Assembly: GCF_009914755.1 (NCBI RefSeq)
Contig: NC_060926.1
Reading direction: 5' to 3' (one strand)
Source of the DNA: the human T2T-CHM13v2.0 reference genome, Homo sapiens
DNA: 64,000 nucleotides
Of this stretch, positions 14,293-27,615 are shown in pieces. A program made the translations under genes and the position numbers. How positions within the stretch are numbered: the first letter of the stretch is position 1; every line of letters starts with the position of its first letter. A model generated the notes under the pieces. The model made no database searches and was not told the origin of the DNA. It worked only from the letters and a program-made list of their open reading frames with translations.

Positions 14293-14472
14293 AGTTTTCG
14301 AGTTCAGCACTGGATGTTGAGGGCTGATAATATTTAGTTGTGAGGGAAGTCAGGTGAAATGTAGGTTATTTAGCAGCATCCCTAACCTCTACCCACTAGG
14401 TATCAATAGCATCTTCCCAGTTTTGACAATCAAAAGTGTCTCTAGACATTGCCAGATAGTTAAGAATCACCG
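14293..14472 (-). mobile_element. MER20 (hAT-Charlie), inside an L2 relic
   Basis: TTTAGCAGCATCCCTAACCTCTACCCACTAG...TGACAATCAAAAGTGTCTCTAGACATTGCCA matches MER20 in reverse. Confidence 0.85.
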
Positions 14473-15999
14473 GTATAGGGAGGGAGACAAATATATAAAT
14501 TAATAACTGAGAGGATGGATCAAGTTATAGAAGCTATGTATACACTATTCAGGAAAAGGGATTATTAATATTTCAGAGGCTGTGATAAGCATTTGACACA
14601 GTGTGTGCTCAATAAGTTTGTTAGATACACAAATGCACTGTGATGTCCCCACACTTCCTATAACAGTTTACCTTTCTGACTGTCTAATAGAAAAGACAGT
14701 TTTACATTCCAAAGATTAGCATCTACTTCACTGACATAATTCACTTTCATGGACATGTTTGCCAAGTGTATTACAAGAGAAAGAAGCCTCCTTATTTTTT
14801 AGGATAATGAAGATAGAGTATAGACATTTGTAAGAAAATAAGACACTTAAAATAAATATATTTTGTGAAACAGACCGTTTGTACTGCTTTTTTGACATTA
14901 TATGCACATTCCTATCAGACAACAACTAAGAGGAGCATTGTACATATTACTTGGTAAATGAATTCAAGCAGGATGGTGCATTTTGTTGCTTGGCACATCT
15001 TAAATGCATGCTCCTAAGCAGCTGTTTCTTTTCCCTTACAGGTTTTGGGAGGATGAATGTATTTCCAAGGAACTGTCTATTCTGGGATGCTCATGCTCTT
15101 ATACAGATGCATTTGACATCTCACCATGCATACATAGAAAGGCAAACCAGTAAGCAGATAAGCTTGGGGAACCCAAATAAGAGGAAAACCAGTGAGCATC
15201 CACATTTATGAAATGGAAAGGAGATGAGGAATGCTCATGTCGAGCAGCAGCTCTAAATCTCAGCCCCAAATGGCAGAGCTGAGAAAAGAAATAATGTCAG
15301 CATTGGACTTACATAACAAGATGGCAAGTTGAAGATTTTTTGGTTATTTATCTTAATATAGAGGCAGGAATTGAGAAGGGTCTGACTTTGAGGCAGAACA
15401 AAAGGGCTGTGAGAATACTGAAGGTGTAAGGGCATTTAAGGATAAATAAAAAAAGGAATGGTTGTGGGGGGGGGCATAGCGTGGAATATTTCAGTGCAAA
15501 CTTTCAGACATGTACTTGGTAAATGTTATTATCCCTTAACATTTTATAAATGGAATCCAAAATAGGCCAATGGGAAACATTCTTGGAAATATATACCAAC
15601 TGGACAAGAATATTCACAGTTGCCAAAGGAAAGTGTGACACTTGGTTCTCGTGCCAAAGTCAACAAGCCTTTGCCCAAATAATGGCAAATCTTTTCGTTT
15701 GGAACACAGTTTCTTAATTAAGCCCCAATGTCAATTACTGCACGTAAGTAGAAATCAGCAGATCTGAAGTCAAGGCCAGGCTCCACGGCTGGTTGGCCAG
15801 GTGAAGTAACATTTGTGCTCCAATTTTCCTATCCAGGGAATGGGGAAGGTAATACTTTCCACCAATCTATGCTGAAGGAATATTGTGATGAGTCAGAGAA
15901 TAAATCTCTGATTTTTTTTGTTTGCTTAATGAAGAGTATCACTGCATTTACTATAGTAAAGGCTTGTTCTGTTTTAGTCCATAAGTTGAAAAAAATCAA

Positions 16000-16157
16000 T
16001 ATATAGCATTCATATATCCAAAATATTCACAAGAAAGGTCTTCAAGAAATATTTGCTCATCCATGTTCATAGCAGCACTGTCCACAATAGCCAAGAGGTG
16101 AAAGCAAACAAGTGTCAGTAAACAGATAAACAGATGACTGGCTAAAGAAAATGTGAT

Positions 16158-16190
<33 letters not shown>

Positions 16191-16570
16191 TACACACACA
16201 CACACCAATATAACAGAATGTTATTCAGCCTTAAAAAAGGAAGAAATCCCTGTCACATGGTACACGGTTGAACTTTGGAGACATTGTGCTAAGTGAAACA
16301 TAGTAGTCACATAAAGGCAAGTATGATTGCATGATATGAAGTATCTGAAGTAGTAAAATTAATAGAAAGCAAAATGGTAGTTATCAGGGGCTGGGAGAAG
16401 GGGAAAAGGGGAGTTGTTTAATGGGTACAGTGTTTTAATTTTGTAAGACAAAAAAGTTCTGGAGATCTGTTCCGCAATGATGTGAATATACTTAACACTA
16501 TTGAACTGTACACTTAAGATGGTCAGGATAGTAAATTTTATATTTTTTACTACAATGAAGTTTTTAAAAA
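16000..16570 (+). mobile_element. L1MB-like 3' end (contains (CA)n at ~16160-16204)
   Basis: CCATGTTCATAGCAGCAC..CACAATAGCCAAGAGGTG; GTTTAATGGGTACAG; AAAGTTCTGGAGATCTG; TGAACTGTACACTTAA. Confidence 0.88.
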
Positions 16571-17834
16571 GATATAAATAATTCAGCGAAAGGAAACAAA
16601 AGCCTCAAAATAACATCCCATTTTGGTTTTAGCATTAGAATTTGGCTAAAGGGGTACAGTCTCTGATGAGACTTCTTTACATAAGTAGCCAAGCTCCTGG
16701 TTACCAGAGGTGTGTCTGGTCAGTAACACACTTTGTTCACAGACAGGAACCAAGAGTGCAAGTGTCCCCCATTCTATCTAGTTTGTGCCTTTCAATGGCA
16801 TAGGATAGCAGCAAAGGCATCATAACCTTCCAGGGGGAAATGGATAGTTAGTACTTAATTCTATGTAGGCTGCCCTATACAGGAAGCACTGATTTTTGAT
16901 CATGTAACATTCTAAATAGCCACAAATGAAAATAATTGCCAGTTCTGCATCATGAAGAGCAGGAGAAGAAGACCTGCTAAAAGAGTCAGAAAAATAAATA
17001 AATAAATGAAATACTGAGATAATATGAAATGGAATGAAATAAAATAATATAAATAAAAGTAAACAAACACTTTTCAAGCAAGTTTTGTTTCTCAAGCCTA
17101 AGAAACCCCATTTTGGCCCAATATACAGACTACTAGAGAATTTCTTGTCCTTAAAGCACCAAGTGCTTAGTGTGGCATCTGCTTTTTGCTAATTTCTGAG
17201 GAGAAGGTGCCTCATGATTCGTGGCAGTGACATTATCTTTCCTATTATGAATAAAAAACCTTGAATCAAATTGGAGTGATATAAACTTAATAGGATAGAG
17301 CCTTCAGATCTGCATTCTCAGCCAATCACTACTTTACTGGGTTATCCTGGGCAAAACTGTACTTCATTTGTTTTTTCTGCAAAGGTAGACACTTTTCAGA
17401 TCTGATTCGAGGGACAGCAAAGGTGGAGTAGAAAGGTCACTGGATATGCTGATACAACATGCTACAGAAAGTAACCAAAGACTTCGTGGTTTGAGGGAAC
17501 CTGGGCCATTTCTGCTAGGCAGTAAATGACAGGAAGAAGCTTGGAAGGTTTTCTCTTAAGTGATGTTTAAGGCTCTGAGCTACCAAGACTTCTGGGAATC
17601 ACCACCAATATCATAGTGCTATACTTTACTCAGTAAGCAGAAGGAATTTCTCTGTTGGAAAAAAAAATCAAACAAAATAAAAACAAACCTCTAAAGGTGT
17701 ATTGGGCTCGCAGTTATTTCCAATAGGGGCTCAGTCCTATGGGGGAAAGGGAGTCAGGTAGACGCCATGGAGATCAGACACCTGGCTGATTAGCTCCACT
17801 GAGAACGCTGCAAAGGGCAAAACTTTGTCATCCC

Positions 17835-17950
17835 ATCTCTTTGTAGAAGCATCTTCTCTGGAGGCTTTTAAAAATAGGACTTGCTCTCAGCATTTAGAGA
17901 AGACAGAGCATAAATCTTCCTGGGGAGGAGTGGAAGAAATAACCTTGCAA
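17835..17950 (+). mobile_element. possible L3/CR1 3' relic
   Basis: TCTTCTCTGGAGGCTTTTAAAAATAGG resembles a CR1/L3 3' motif. Highly diverged. Confidence 0.35.
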
Positions 17951-18515
17951 AATATTTGGGGGACTGGGTCCTGTGGACAGTTGGTCTCCATAGTTAACTG
18001 GAGATGTTGAAATTGCATTCATGCAACCTAAAATGCTTAGACATGGTGAAATAACTAGTTGAACCAATTATTTTGCAGTGAAAAAAAAAGCTTCACCAGT
18101 GAAATCCAACCTGTTTTGTTATTGTTGATGTTTCATTATTTTTACTGCATTTAGCTTTTGAGGGGACACATACCAAGGTGACAGTGCTTTAGGTAAATTT
18201 TGTTTATTCCTTATTTATCTTCTTATTCAAGAGGTATTTCTAATATTTTAGGCAGGAGCTGCATTTTCAACACAGGAATAAAGTTTGTAGATATTTATTG
18301 CAGCTTCCTGTTGCTGCTATCTCTACAGTAATCATCATAGCTTCTTCCCTAGGGAAAGAGTGCTTCAGGCTTTGGAAGGCGCACAGATAAAAAGGATACG
18401 TGTTTTTGGCTGGAGCTACCTGATTCTATGATCTCCCTAAAATTGGTTACTGAAATATTCTCAAATGTCTAAGCAGGTCATATTGTGTAAATGAATGATC
18501 TCCTGAATATTTTAC

Positions 18516-18816
18516 TTTTTTTTTTTTTTTTTTTTGTGAGACGGAGTCTCGCTCTGTTGCCCAGGCTGGAGTGCAATGGTGCAATCTTGGCTGACCATAA
18601 TTTCTGCTCCCAGGTTCAAGAGATTCTCCTGCCTCACCCTCCCAAGTAGCTGGGACTACAGGTGTGTGCCACCATGCCCAGCTAATTTTTGTATTTTCAG
18701 TAGAGACAGGGTTTCACTATGTTGGCCAGGCTGGTCTCAAACTCCTGACCTCATGATCCGCCCGCCTTGGCCTCCCAAAGTGCTGGGATTACAGGCGTGA
18801 GCTATCGTTCCCATCC
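18516..18816 (-). mobile_element. AluS (Sg/Sc-like), full length
   Basis: T20 tail, then the Alu reverse complement with the CTCCTGACCTCATGATCCGCCC variant. Confidence 0.95.
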
Positions 18817-18821
18817 TAACC

Positions 18822-19160
18822 ATTTTTTATTGATATATAATTTACATATAATAAAATCCAACATGTTTAAAGTGTATAATTCAGTGGTTTTTAGTATATT
18901 CATAAGGTTGTGCAACCATCACCATTCTCTAATTCCAGAACATTGTATTCAGCCCCAAAAGAAACCCTGTACCAATAACCATTCACTCCTGCTTTCCCTT
19001 CCCCTCAGCCCCTGGCAATCACTAGCCTACTTTTTATTTCTGATTATTTCATATAAATGGAATCATACAATATGTCACCTTTTGTGTTTGGCTTCTTTCA
19101 CCCAGCAGAATGTTTTCAAGTTTATTCATGTCATACATGTATCTGTACTAACATCTTCCA
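18822..19160 (-). mobile_element. L1MB-like 3' end
   Basis: TTTAAAGTGTATAATTCAGTGGTTTTTAGTATATTCA..GTTGTGCAACCATCACC; CCCCTGGCAATCACTA; ATAAATGGAATCATACAATATGT. Confidence 0.88.
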
Positions 19161-19955
19161 AGTAATTACTGTGTCCAAGGTAATGAGGTGTTGAAGCTTT
19201 TCTTTTCTTCCAGATGTATGGAGTTGGTGCAGACCCAGTCCAGTCTTATGACGAGCCTTGGATGCCATGGTCACAGGCAGCACATTTACGGTGTAGCCCT
19301 AAGGGTTATGGGAAACCCAAGTAGTTGGGTTAACCCAGTGAGACATGAAAAACTGCCCAGAACACAAGCAAGAAACAGGTCATAATTGAGAATTGAGGAA
19401 AGAAAGTGCAAGACAAAGGTGTTCAGATACACAGTTAAGATCTGAGTCCTGGGTCAGGACAGAATCAATTAAGAGAGAAAGAACAGTGGGTGAGAAGAGG
19501 TCAGTGGCCAGGGATGTACACCAAGCAGCCAAGGATCTGTAGTACTCGGGTCTGTAGCAGCTGCCCTGACTCAGGCCATGTGACTTCAGAGTTCTCTGTC
19601 ACAGAAGCATAGAATATTTGCACTGGAGAAAAATTTAGAGCTATATTCTTTAGCACCATGGTTTTGAAGATGAACAATCTGAGCTCTAGAGGGGCTAAGA
19701 GACCTCCCCTCAAGCTCACCAACCTTAGTGATCACTTCCTTCATCTCCCTCCACTCAGTAGAATACATTTTCCACAATAGCTCACTGCCATGGGACCACG
19801 GCATGGGATCCCAACAGATGGATCTGGTCATATGTTAGTGCCAAAATGCAGTTTAGCAACCATTTACTCACATACCCTTATACTATGTGACAATCAGCAG
19901 AAGGTCTTAGATATTTTTATATTAGCTTAAAAGAAAAGTTTGATGTTCTTTGACC

Positions 19956-20152
19956 TAATTTTTATTGGTTTAATTGTCTAAATACCTGGAGTTCCTTTAC
20001 ATTTTAAATAAATTTAATAGTATCAATCTATAGGTTTAGAAACTGAGAGAAATAATTTTTATTGGTTAATTGTCTAAACACCTGGGGTTCCTTTACATTT
20101 TAAGTACATTAATAGATTAGTATCAATCTATAGGTTTAAGAACTGAAAGAAA
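19956..20152. repeat. 2-copy tandem duplication, unit ~97-100 bp
   Basis: TAATTTTTATTGGTT..AATTGTCTAAA..CCTGG.GTTCCTTTACATTTTAA..TAGTATCAATCTATAGGTTTA..AACTGA.AGAAA at 19956-20052 and 20053-20152. Confidence 0.93.
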
Positions 20153-20439
20153 TGAATGAGGTCCCCAACACGTCAGTCAATGGGAATTAGAACAGTGATG
20201 CCCAAAATATGCACATAAATATCACGTGATGACCACTAAAAAACACTTGGTGTTCAACAGAATTGTAAAATTAGTAGGTCAAAAGGAATGACTCCAAAAC
20301 CCTTCATCATTTAACATTCAAAGCTGTAACTTTTAAATCAGTTTCTTCTAGCATCATTGTATAGAAAAAAATCATTTTTTCTTCAGAAAAAAAATTAAAA
20401 ATAAATAAATTTTAAAAATAGCCTTCAGATTAGTCAAAA

Positions 20440-20790
20440 AATTTTGATGCATTCATATGAGAAAATCGAAGGCATTAATATGGCGGTATGATGTATGTCT
20501 ACTGAACTCAAAAGTTTAGTAACATGTTGAGTGAAATAAAAACTATAGAAGAACATTTAAAATTTGATGTCTTTATATATCTTACAAGTGTGTTTATTTA
20601 TATTTGTGTGTATATACAAAGAATATATCTGGAAGGACATCCATAAAGTATTGACAATTGTATCCCCAAGTAGTGGAATTATATAAGGATTTAGTTTCTA
20701 TAATTTTTTGTTGTTTTGTTCTCTTTATCTTCTATTTTTTTTTCTGGAATGAACATGGATTACTTGCATAATTAAAATATTAAAAATAGA
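20440..20790 (+). mobile_element. old L1ME-like 3' end
   Basis: ATGTTGAGTGAAATAAAA...ATCTGGAAGGACAT...ATGAACATGGATTACTTGCATAATTAAAA. Confidence 0.5.
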
Positions 20791-21871
20791 CTTTGTTTTG
20801 AATATTGTGTTTGCAAGACTGGTTCATTATCAGTTTCTACAACAAATATCATTTTAGAATCGATAACAAAAATAAAAGCAAGTTGTCCTTATCATCTCCA
20901 CAAACTCAGAAAATAGTTCTACATCAAATATAAACCAGTACAAAGAGGCACTTGTGAAAGGAAACAAATGTTTGGGGACTTGACCTACTCCCCTTCCCTC
21001 CTCCCTTGCGTCTCAAAGAGGTACAGCTCATTCTCACTCCTTTTGATTTATTAAATCACCATCTTCTCCCTAGGCTAGACAAAAAATTCATGGTTAGGAT
21101 TTACCCTCAAGCTTCAGGCTGACTACATTGTATTTGAAACAAGCAAGTCATCTCTGTCTTGTTGCAAAGTTTACAGGAACATCACCTCAATAAGCACACT
21201 TGCTGAGCTTATTGTTATCCACCTTTACCTCATAGGAAAGCCCTACTAGTAATGGACTTTGAATCACCTTCTTTGTTTATTCATGAAGTTGAAAGCTACA
21301 ATAGATCATGATTATTTTCCAATAAAACAAACTACCAGGGTCATCGTGATGCGCAACTGTGAGGGGTACTATTTTCATCATAGGTTATATTAATGGTGCC
21401 ACTTTGCTCATCACACATCTGCTAACAGTGGTCCAGGAAACTTCATCCTGTAACATTTTAATCAAATTCTGCTTTTCTATTCAGTATTTGACTCTGAAGG
21501 GCATTTTCTCCACAAATTATAAAAGTATAAAGGGTTTTAGATAAGTACAAGTATAAATATAAATAAAATATACAGGTATAAATATGTATATGGAAGCAAA
21601 TTTTTCTATATATCCTGTATATTTCATAAGTTTCTATAAGGATGGACTTCTGATTCTAAACCAATGGGTCACATACATTGGAAAATACAAGATAAGATTG
21701 CATACCAAGTTAATCACATAAATAGAAGCAGAAGTTCCTACTTTTAGATTTGGAACCATGGTGTGCCAGATATAATGCCAAACTTTATCAACTGTAGAAA
21801 ACTATAGATTAGTTTTAAATTGTATATTCTTTTCACAGTTACTCCCATGTTCTAGAGATCGATTGTTCCAG

Positions 21872-24300
21872 TTTTTTAACAGCTTTATTTGATGTATCAC
21901 TGACATATAATAAACTGAACATAAAGTGTTCAATGCGATAAATCTAATGGGTTTTGAAATACATACACACATATGTATATGTGTGTATAAAATATATGTA
22001 TACATATGCTGCATATACTACGTATATACACACACACACATATATATGTACCTTTGCCATAATCAAGGTAATAAACGTATCCATTACCCCCCAAAGTTCT
22101 CTTCTCTAGCTATTCCCTCTCCAAGTAATCAATAATTTTATTGTCACTGTGGATTAGTATGAATCTCCAATAATTTTACACAAATAGAATAATCCATTAT
22201 GTACTTTGGGGAGGGGAAGGAGGAGAGTCAGGCTTTCACTCAGCCTAATTATTTTAAGAGTCATCCATGTTGTGTGATATATAAATAGTTCATTCCTTTT
22301 TATTGCTGAGTAGTATTGCTGTGTATGGAAATGGTATAATTTGATTACTTATTCACTTGCTAATAGATATCTAGGTTGTTTTGAGTTGTACAAGTCTTTG
22401 TATAGCTATATGCTTTCTTTTCTGTTGGGTAGATACCAAGGTGTAGAATGGCTGGATTATATGATAAGTGTATGTTTAACTTTTAAAAAAACGGTCTCCT
22501 AAGGTAGTCGTACCATTTTACATTCCAACCAGCAGTGTAGTTGAGTTTGGGTTCCTCCATGTATTTATAAATATTTGGTGTGGTCAATTTTTTTTTAATG
22601 AGACAGGTTCTTCCTATATTGCCCAGACTGGTCTTGAACTGCTGGGTTCAAGCGAACCTCCCACCTCGGCCTCCCAAAATGTTGGGATTACAGGCGTGAG
22701 TCACAGTACCTGGATATGGTCAATTTTTAATTGTAGCTACTCTATTCAGTGTGCATTACTATTTCATTGGGGTTAATTTACATTTCCCTAGTGAGTAAAT
22801 GATGTTGAGCATATTTCCATGTGCTTATTTGTTAACATATATTTTCTTTAGTGAAATATCTGCTCAAATATTTGACCAATTTTTTGCTGTGTTTTCTTAA
22901 TTGTTAAATTTTGAGCATTAATTAAATATTCTGATATAAATATTTTGTTAGATATACTATTTGCCAGTATTTTCTTTCAGTCTAGCCTGTCTTTTCCTTC
23001 ACTGAACAACATATTTCAGAGTAAAAGGTTTAAATGTTATCAATTTTTAAAAATAGATAATGTTTTGGATAAAGAATCTAGGAAATCTTTGCCTAACCTA
23101 AGTTCTCAAAGACTTTCTTCACCGTTTTTTGAAAAAAATATAATTGAGGTTTTTTATTAGGTTTCAGATACATTTGGAATTTGTGCATATAGTGTGAAGT
23201 AATAGATCAAAATTCATTTTTTATTTGCTGCATATACAATATTTCGGGAAGCATTTGTTCTGCACAGAATTGCCTTGTATTTTTGTTAGAATAACAACAA
23301 CAACAAAATCCAAAACCAGTTTATTCATATATGTGTGGATCTATTTCCATAGTTTATTCCATTCTAATCACTTATTTCTATTTTTATGCCACTACCACAC
23401 TAGCTTGGTACCTGAAACAATAAAATAAATCTTGAAATCAAGTAGTGTTATCCTTTTGTTCTTTTTTTCCAGTGGTATTTTAGCTATTTTAGGTCCTCTG
23501 TATTTATACATGAACTTTAGAAAAAGCTTGAAAAATTTACACCAAAAAAAAAATGCTTATTGGGATTTTCACTGGAATTACATTGAATCTCTAGATCAAT
23601 TTGGGAAGAACGATTATCTTAAAAATATGATGTTTTCTGACCTGTGAAAGGCATATCTGTCTATTTATTTAGGTTTTCTTTAATTACTCTCAGGAATGTT
23701 TTTAATTTTCAGTGTACAAGTCTTGCCCATCTTTTGGTCAGATTTATCCCCAAGTATTTTATATTTTTGATGACATTGTAAATGGTACTGTTTTTCTAAT
23801 ATCAGTTTGCATTTGTTTCTCGTATTTAGAAATACAATTAATTTCTGCATATTAATCTTGTACCCTGCAAACTTGTTAAACTCCCTTACTAGTTTTAGTG
23901 GTTTTACAGATTTTTATCAGATTTTTATATAAATAATCATGTTGTCTACGAATACAGAGGTTCATTTCTGTCTTTCCAATCTGGATGTAATTTTTTTTCT
24001 TGCTTTATTGCACTGGCTAGCACCTCCAGTACAACGTTGAATAAAAGTGGTGAGAGCCAAGACATCCTTGCTTTATTCCCAATATTAGGAGAGAAGCATT
24101 CAGTCTTTCATTGTTAAGTATGATGTTAATTTTAGTTTTTTCATGTATGTCCTTTATTAGGTTGAAGAAGTTCCCACTATTCCTAATATTTCTGAGGGTT
24201 CTTAACATCAGGGACAGATGTTGGGTTTAGTTGATTGCCTTTTCAATATCTATTGAGATGATCATATGTTTTCCCTTTTCTAGTTCGTCAGTATGGTGGT
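21872..24300 (-). mobile_element. L1MC/L1MD-like element, ~2.4 kb (3' UTR + decayed ORF2)
   Basis: Starts TTTTTAACAGCTTTATT. ORF 24017-24208(-) encodes NIILNNERLNASLLILGIKQGC, resembling L1 ORF2 RT ([22 protein letters not shown]). Many stops. Confidence 0.88.
22588..22714 (-). mobile_element. Alu left monomer (FLAM-like) inserted in L1M
   Basis: Single left-arm monomer. TSD TGGTCAATTTTT at 22581-22592 and 22717-22728. Confidence 0.88.
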
Positions 24301-27206
24301 TATCAATACAGTAATATGGTTAACATTTTATTATTATTAATGCTGAATTGCAAAACATAATTTCTAGAAAAATGGAAGGTTAGTCACAGTTGTGCCTCAA
24401 TGATACTAGATTAGAGTGAGTAAGGTAAATAACCATTTTCTTTCCTAAGAATTTTTTTTTTTTTTTTTGGAATTTCAGTTGGCTATCCCTGTTACAACTG
24501 CTTTTGTATCTATATTTGCTACATCCAACTGGGTTAGTATTGAACTAGCGTTTAAAAAGGGAAAAAGAACAGTGAATTTTAAAGTTGGTATGTAACTTAA
24601 AATGTGACCCCAAATCATGATCCCTGCTTGAAGAATTGGTCAAAATAAATAAAAATGGATCACATGCTCTTTAATGTCACTGTCTTGTCTGAAATCAAAC
24701 CTTCAGGAATATTTATCTGAAGTCTTTTCATGTAGCTAAAGTGCAATCATCTTGGAGACTTATTTTCCAGTAACATGTCCCAGAGATAGAAATTTATCTA
24801 AATGTTATCTAAGTTCTTTATAGCCTTTGGCACATGGTGATAATGTATTAAGAAACAAAAGGGGGAAAATACTCAAAAGCTTCTTGCAATGAGAACATTT
24901 GTCACTGGTATGTGTCATGAAACGGACCTGGGCATGCAACCAAGTTAAGTAATTACACTGGTCTCAGGCCAATTTAAATTGTGTGCTATAGACCTTCTAT
25001 GTAGAAAATAGTCCATAGGTTCTGCATACAAGCATCACATGCAAAAAAACGTGATATGAAAGTCTTTTGTTCCCCAAGAAGGACCTGAATGTCTGTCTGT
25101 CGACAAGACAACCTCTGTGGGTACCTCACTGACATAGTATACATGGTGAAAAAGAAAGTGTCAATTGGTTGTGATCATGATCAGTAAAAACCTATTTGGT
25201 TTATAAGCCTGGATCCAATCACACTGATATCATTCTGGACTCAACTGTCCTTTGTGGTTCAAGGACATAAGAAAACTGAAGAGAAGGCTTGCAACTTGGA
25301 TGTTGAAAAGAAATTTATTGAAAGGAACACCACTTGAATAACTTTTACTACCTCCAAAAAGCAGTATGTTCTCTCTACTGGAAAAGACCTAAATACACTC
25401 AAAAAGCTTACTGGAGGATTTTTTCCTATTAATTTGAACGTCGTATAGGAACACAAAATTTGGTTAAATATTTGATAGATAAGTTTGGTATTAAAAAGTC
25501 CACTTGGTTCATTATAAATATTAAAATTAGGAACATGTGTTCTTTGTTTAAGCCTGATAAAGCTTTAGCTGAGATCATGAGTTTTCATAAAACAACTTTT
25601 CACAACACAATAATGTATTAGGTCAGGGTCTACTGCCCTCCTGCAGATTTTGCCTGATAGTATTTTCATACAAACCTCATCACTCCTGCTTTTTCTCAGA
25701 TCTTCTCTGAGCTTATTTCCTAATGCAAATCTTGATTTATATCAGGGCCCTAACGTGGCTGTCCAAAATACCTCCCTCCCCCAATTTGTGTTTTATCTCA
25801 ATACATTACCCAGTGGTGGCCCAGCATCTCAGAGTGCCCAACATGTAATCTTAGTCTCATAGGGATAAAGGAAAGCAACCATACCTCAGGGCATTCATCA
25901 TCCCTGAAAGTCCCTCTCCCTGTCTTACCATGCTTTATGTCATCATCTGGCTCATTTATTTATTTATAAATAGCCCTCCACTCAAATAACACTCCTGAAG
26001 GGTGGGGAATTTTTCTACTTTGTTCACTCATACGGAGTAAGTGCTCAAAAATTGTGTTAAACTAATAGCATTCAGTTTTAGTAGGATTAGTTGCATTAAA
26101 AATACATCTCCTAGAATTAAGATTGCATAATATGTTACTGAATAGTTCGGCTTCTTTGAAGGTATCCTTGGCAGAGACAAGGTTAGTTCTCCCTGACTCA
26201 AGCAGAGATACTGTTTTCTCAATTCTCTTGTTCGACTAACTCCTCTCTGTTATTTATTACTGGAGACAGACAGTATCCATCACTTCTCAGATTGATGCAA
26301 GGCAGTGGTAATAAAATAAGCTACATACATCATGTAATCATATTGGTTTTATGAATCATATTTTTCTGAATTAGGGAAAATAGTTGTTTTGGTTTAAGCT
26401 GGAGAAAAATTCTGACTCATGTCAACAAATCACTGACAAGGCAAGCACTGATAAAAATAAAAAGCTTAAAGCAAGTTTTATTAGAGAAAACTTGCAACAA
26501 CTCTACACAAACATTGATTAATTATAGGCTCACTTGGTCTTCTTTAAAATGAAAATACTTTTAAAGACATGACTGTATGTCAACAACTAAAGAACAGGAT
26601 ATATAACTAGAAAAATAGGAATATTTATTTAAAATGTTATACTGCATTGTGCTTTTTTTTAAAGATAAAAGCTATTTAAAAATGAAGCAAGCTCAATTTG
26701 TAATTAGGACACACAATTCCTCAAACTCTGTAAGTCTATTACCTTAAGTTGCCCTTACTTAAAAAATTTATTCTTATCTGAAAATTATGGCAATGTTTAA
26801 AATGTTTAAAGAAAACAGTAAATTTGTGTTATGTCCCCAATTTTTGAAATTTACATTTTATTTTCATCATACTGAAAACCTGATGCTGACCTTGGCTTCA
26901 CTCCTCGAGGTGGTATGTAGAGTTCTGTGAGGTCATTGCTGTGGATATTCAGCATGCACTAACAGTGCAGATTTCCTGGTGGGTCAGGGCTGAGAGGATT
27001 GGAGAGCAACACTGAAGTGTATAACAAGAGACCAGTGCAAGCTTTGATTTGAAAGAAGGCACTAAATATGGATTCACGGCAACAAGTACTATCACATGGA
27101 ACACTTAATTATTTTTCTTTCTCTCTTTACATCTTAAGCAGGCAAAGTCAACTTGCTGGAACTGGGCTAAGTTTGGGAGTGGTAAAAACAAAAAGTCATA
27201 ATCATC

Positions 27207-27385
27207 CAGTGATTTTTAAAATTCTGGTGTGCGTCAGAATTTCCTAGAGGAATGGTTCAAAATATGATTATCTGAGCCTCATCTCAAAACTACCTAATTA
27301 GAGCCTCTCCTGAAAGAGGCTGGGCATCTGTCTTTTAAAAACCTCATTCCAGGATATTGTTCTACTTAACACTATTCAAGAGCTG
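27207..27385. mobile_element. MER5-family hAT MITE (degenerate)
   Basis: CAGTGATTTTTAAAATT..GTGTGCGTCAGAAT..CCTAGAGG...GGGCATCTGTCTTTTAAAAACC. Confidence 0.55.
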
Positions 27386-27394
27386 TTAGTTTTG

Positions 27395-27615
27395 ACTCAC
27401 ACTTACTATGTACCAAGGATCATACTAAATCACTTCAATGTACTACATTAACTAATGATCCTACAATTCTAGGATTTTGGTATTATTTTTATATCTATTT
27501 TACAGAAAAGAAAAAAAAACTTTATAACATTTCCAAAGCCATGTGACCAGTAAGTGATGAAACCAGAATCACCTGACTTCAAATCACACACTTAACTCTT
27601 ATACAAACTGCCTCC
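27395..27615 (-). mobile_element. MIR SINE
   Basis: CACTTACTATGTACCAAGG...ATTTTACAGA...CCATGTGACCAGTAAGTGATGAAACCAG. Confidence 0.65.

Noticed and set aside
19290-19850. Purine-rich stretch resembling an ancient LTR element
   Set aside because: I could not match it to a specific family or find termini or a TSD. It needs a Dfam search.
24017-24208. ORF with reverse-transcriptase-like motif (also 63081-63317, 11712-11972, 54713-54919)
   Set aside because: Decayed L1 ORF2/3' remnants inside annotated L1 copies, not a novel RT system.
26880-27015. Possible minus-strand exon (acceptor ..CACTTCAG, donor AAG|GTCAGC)
   Set aside because: Stops in all three frames, a weak donor and no other support.
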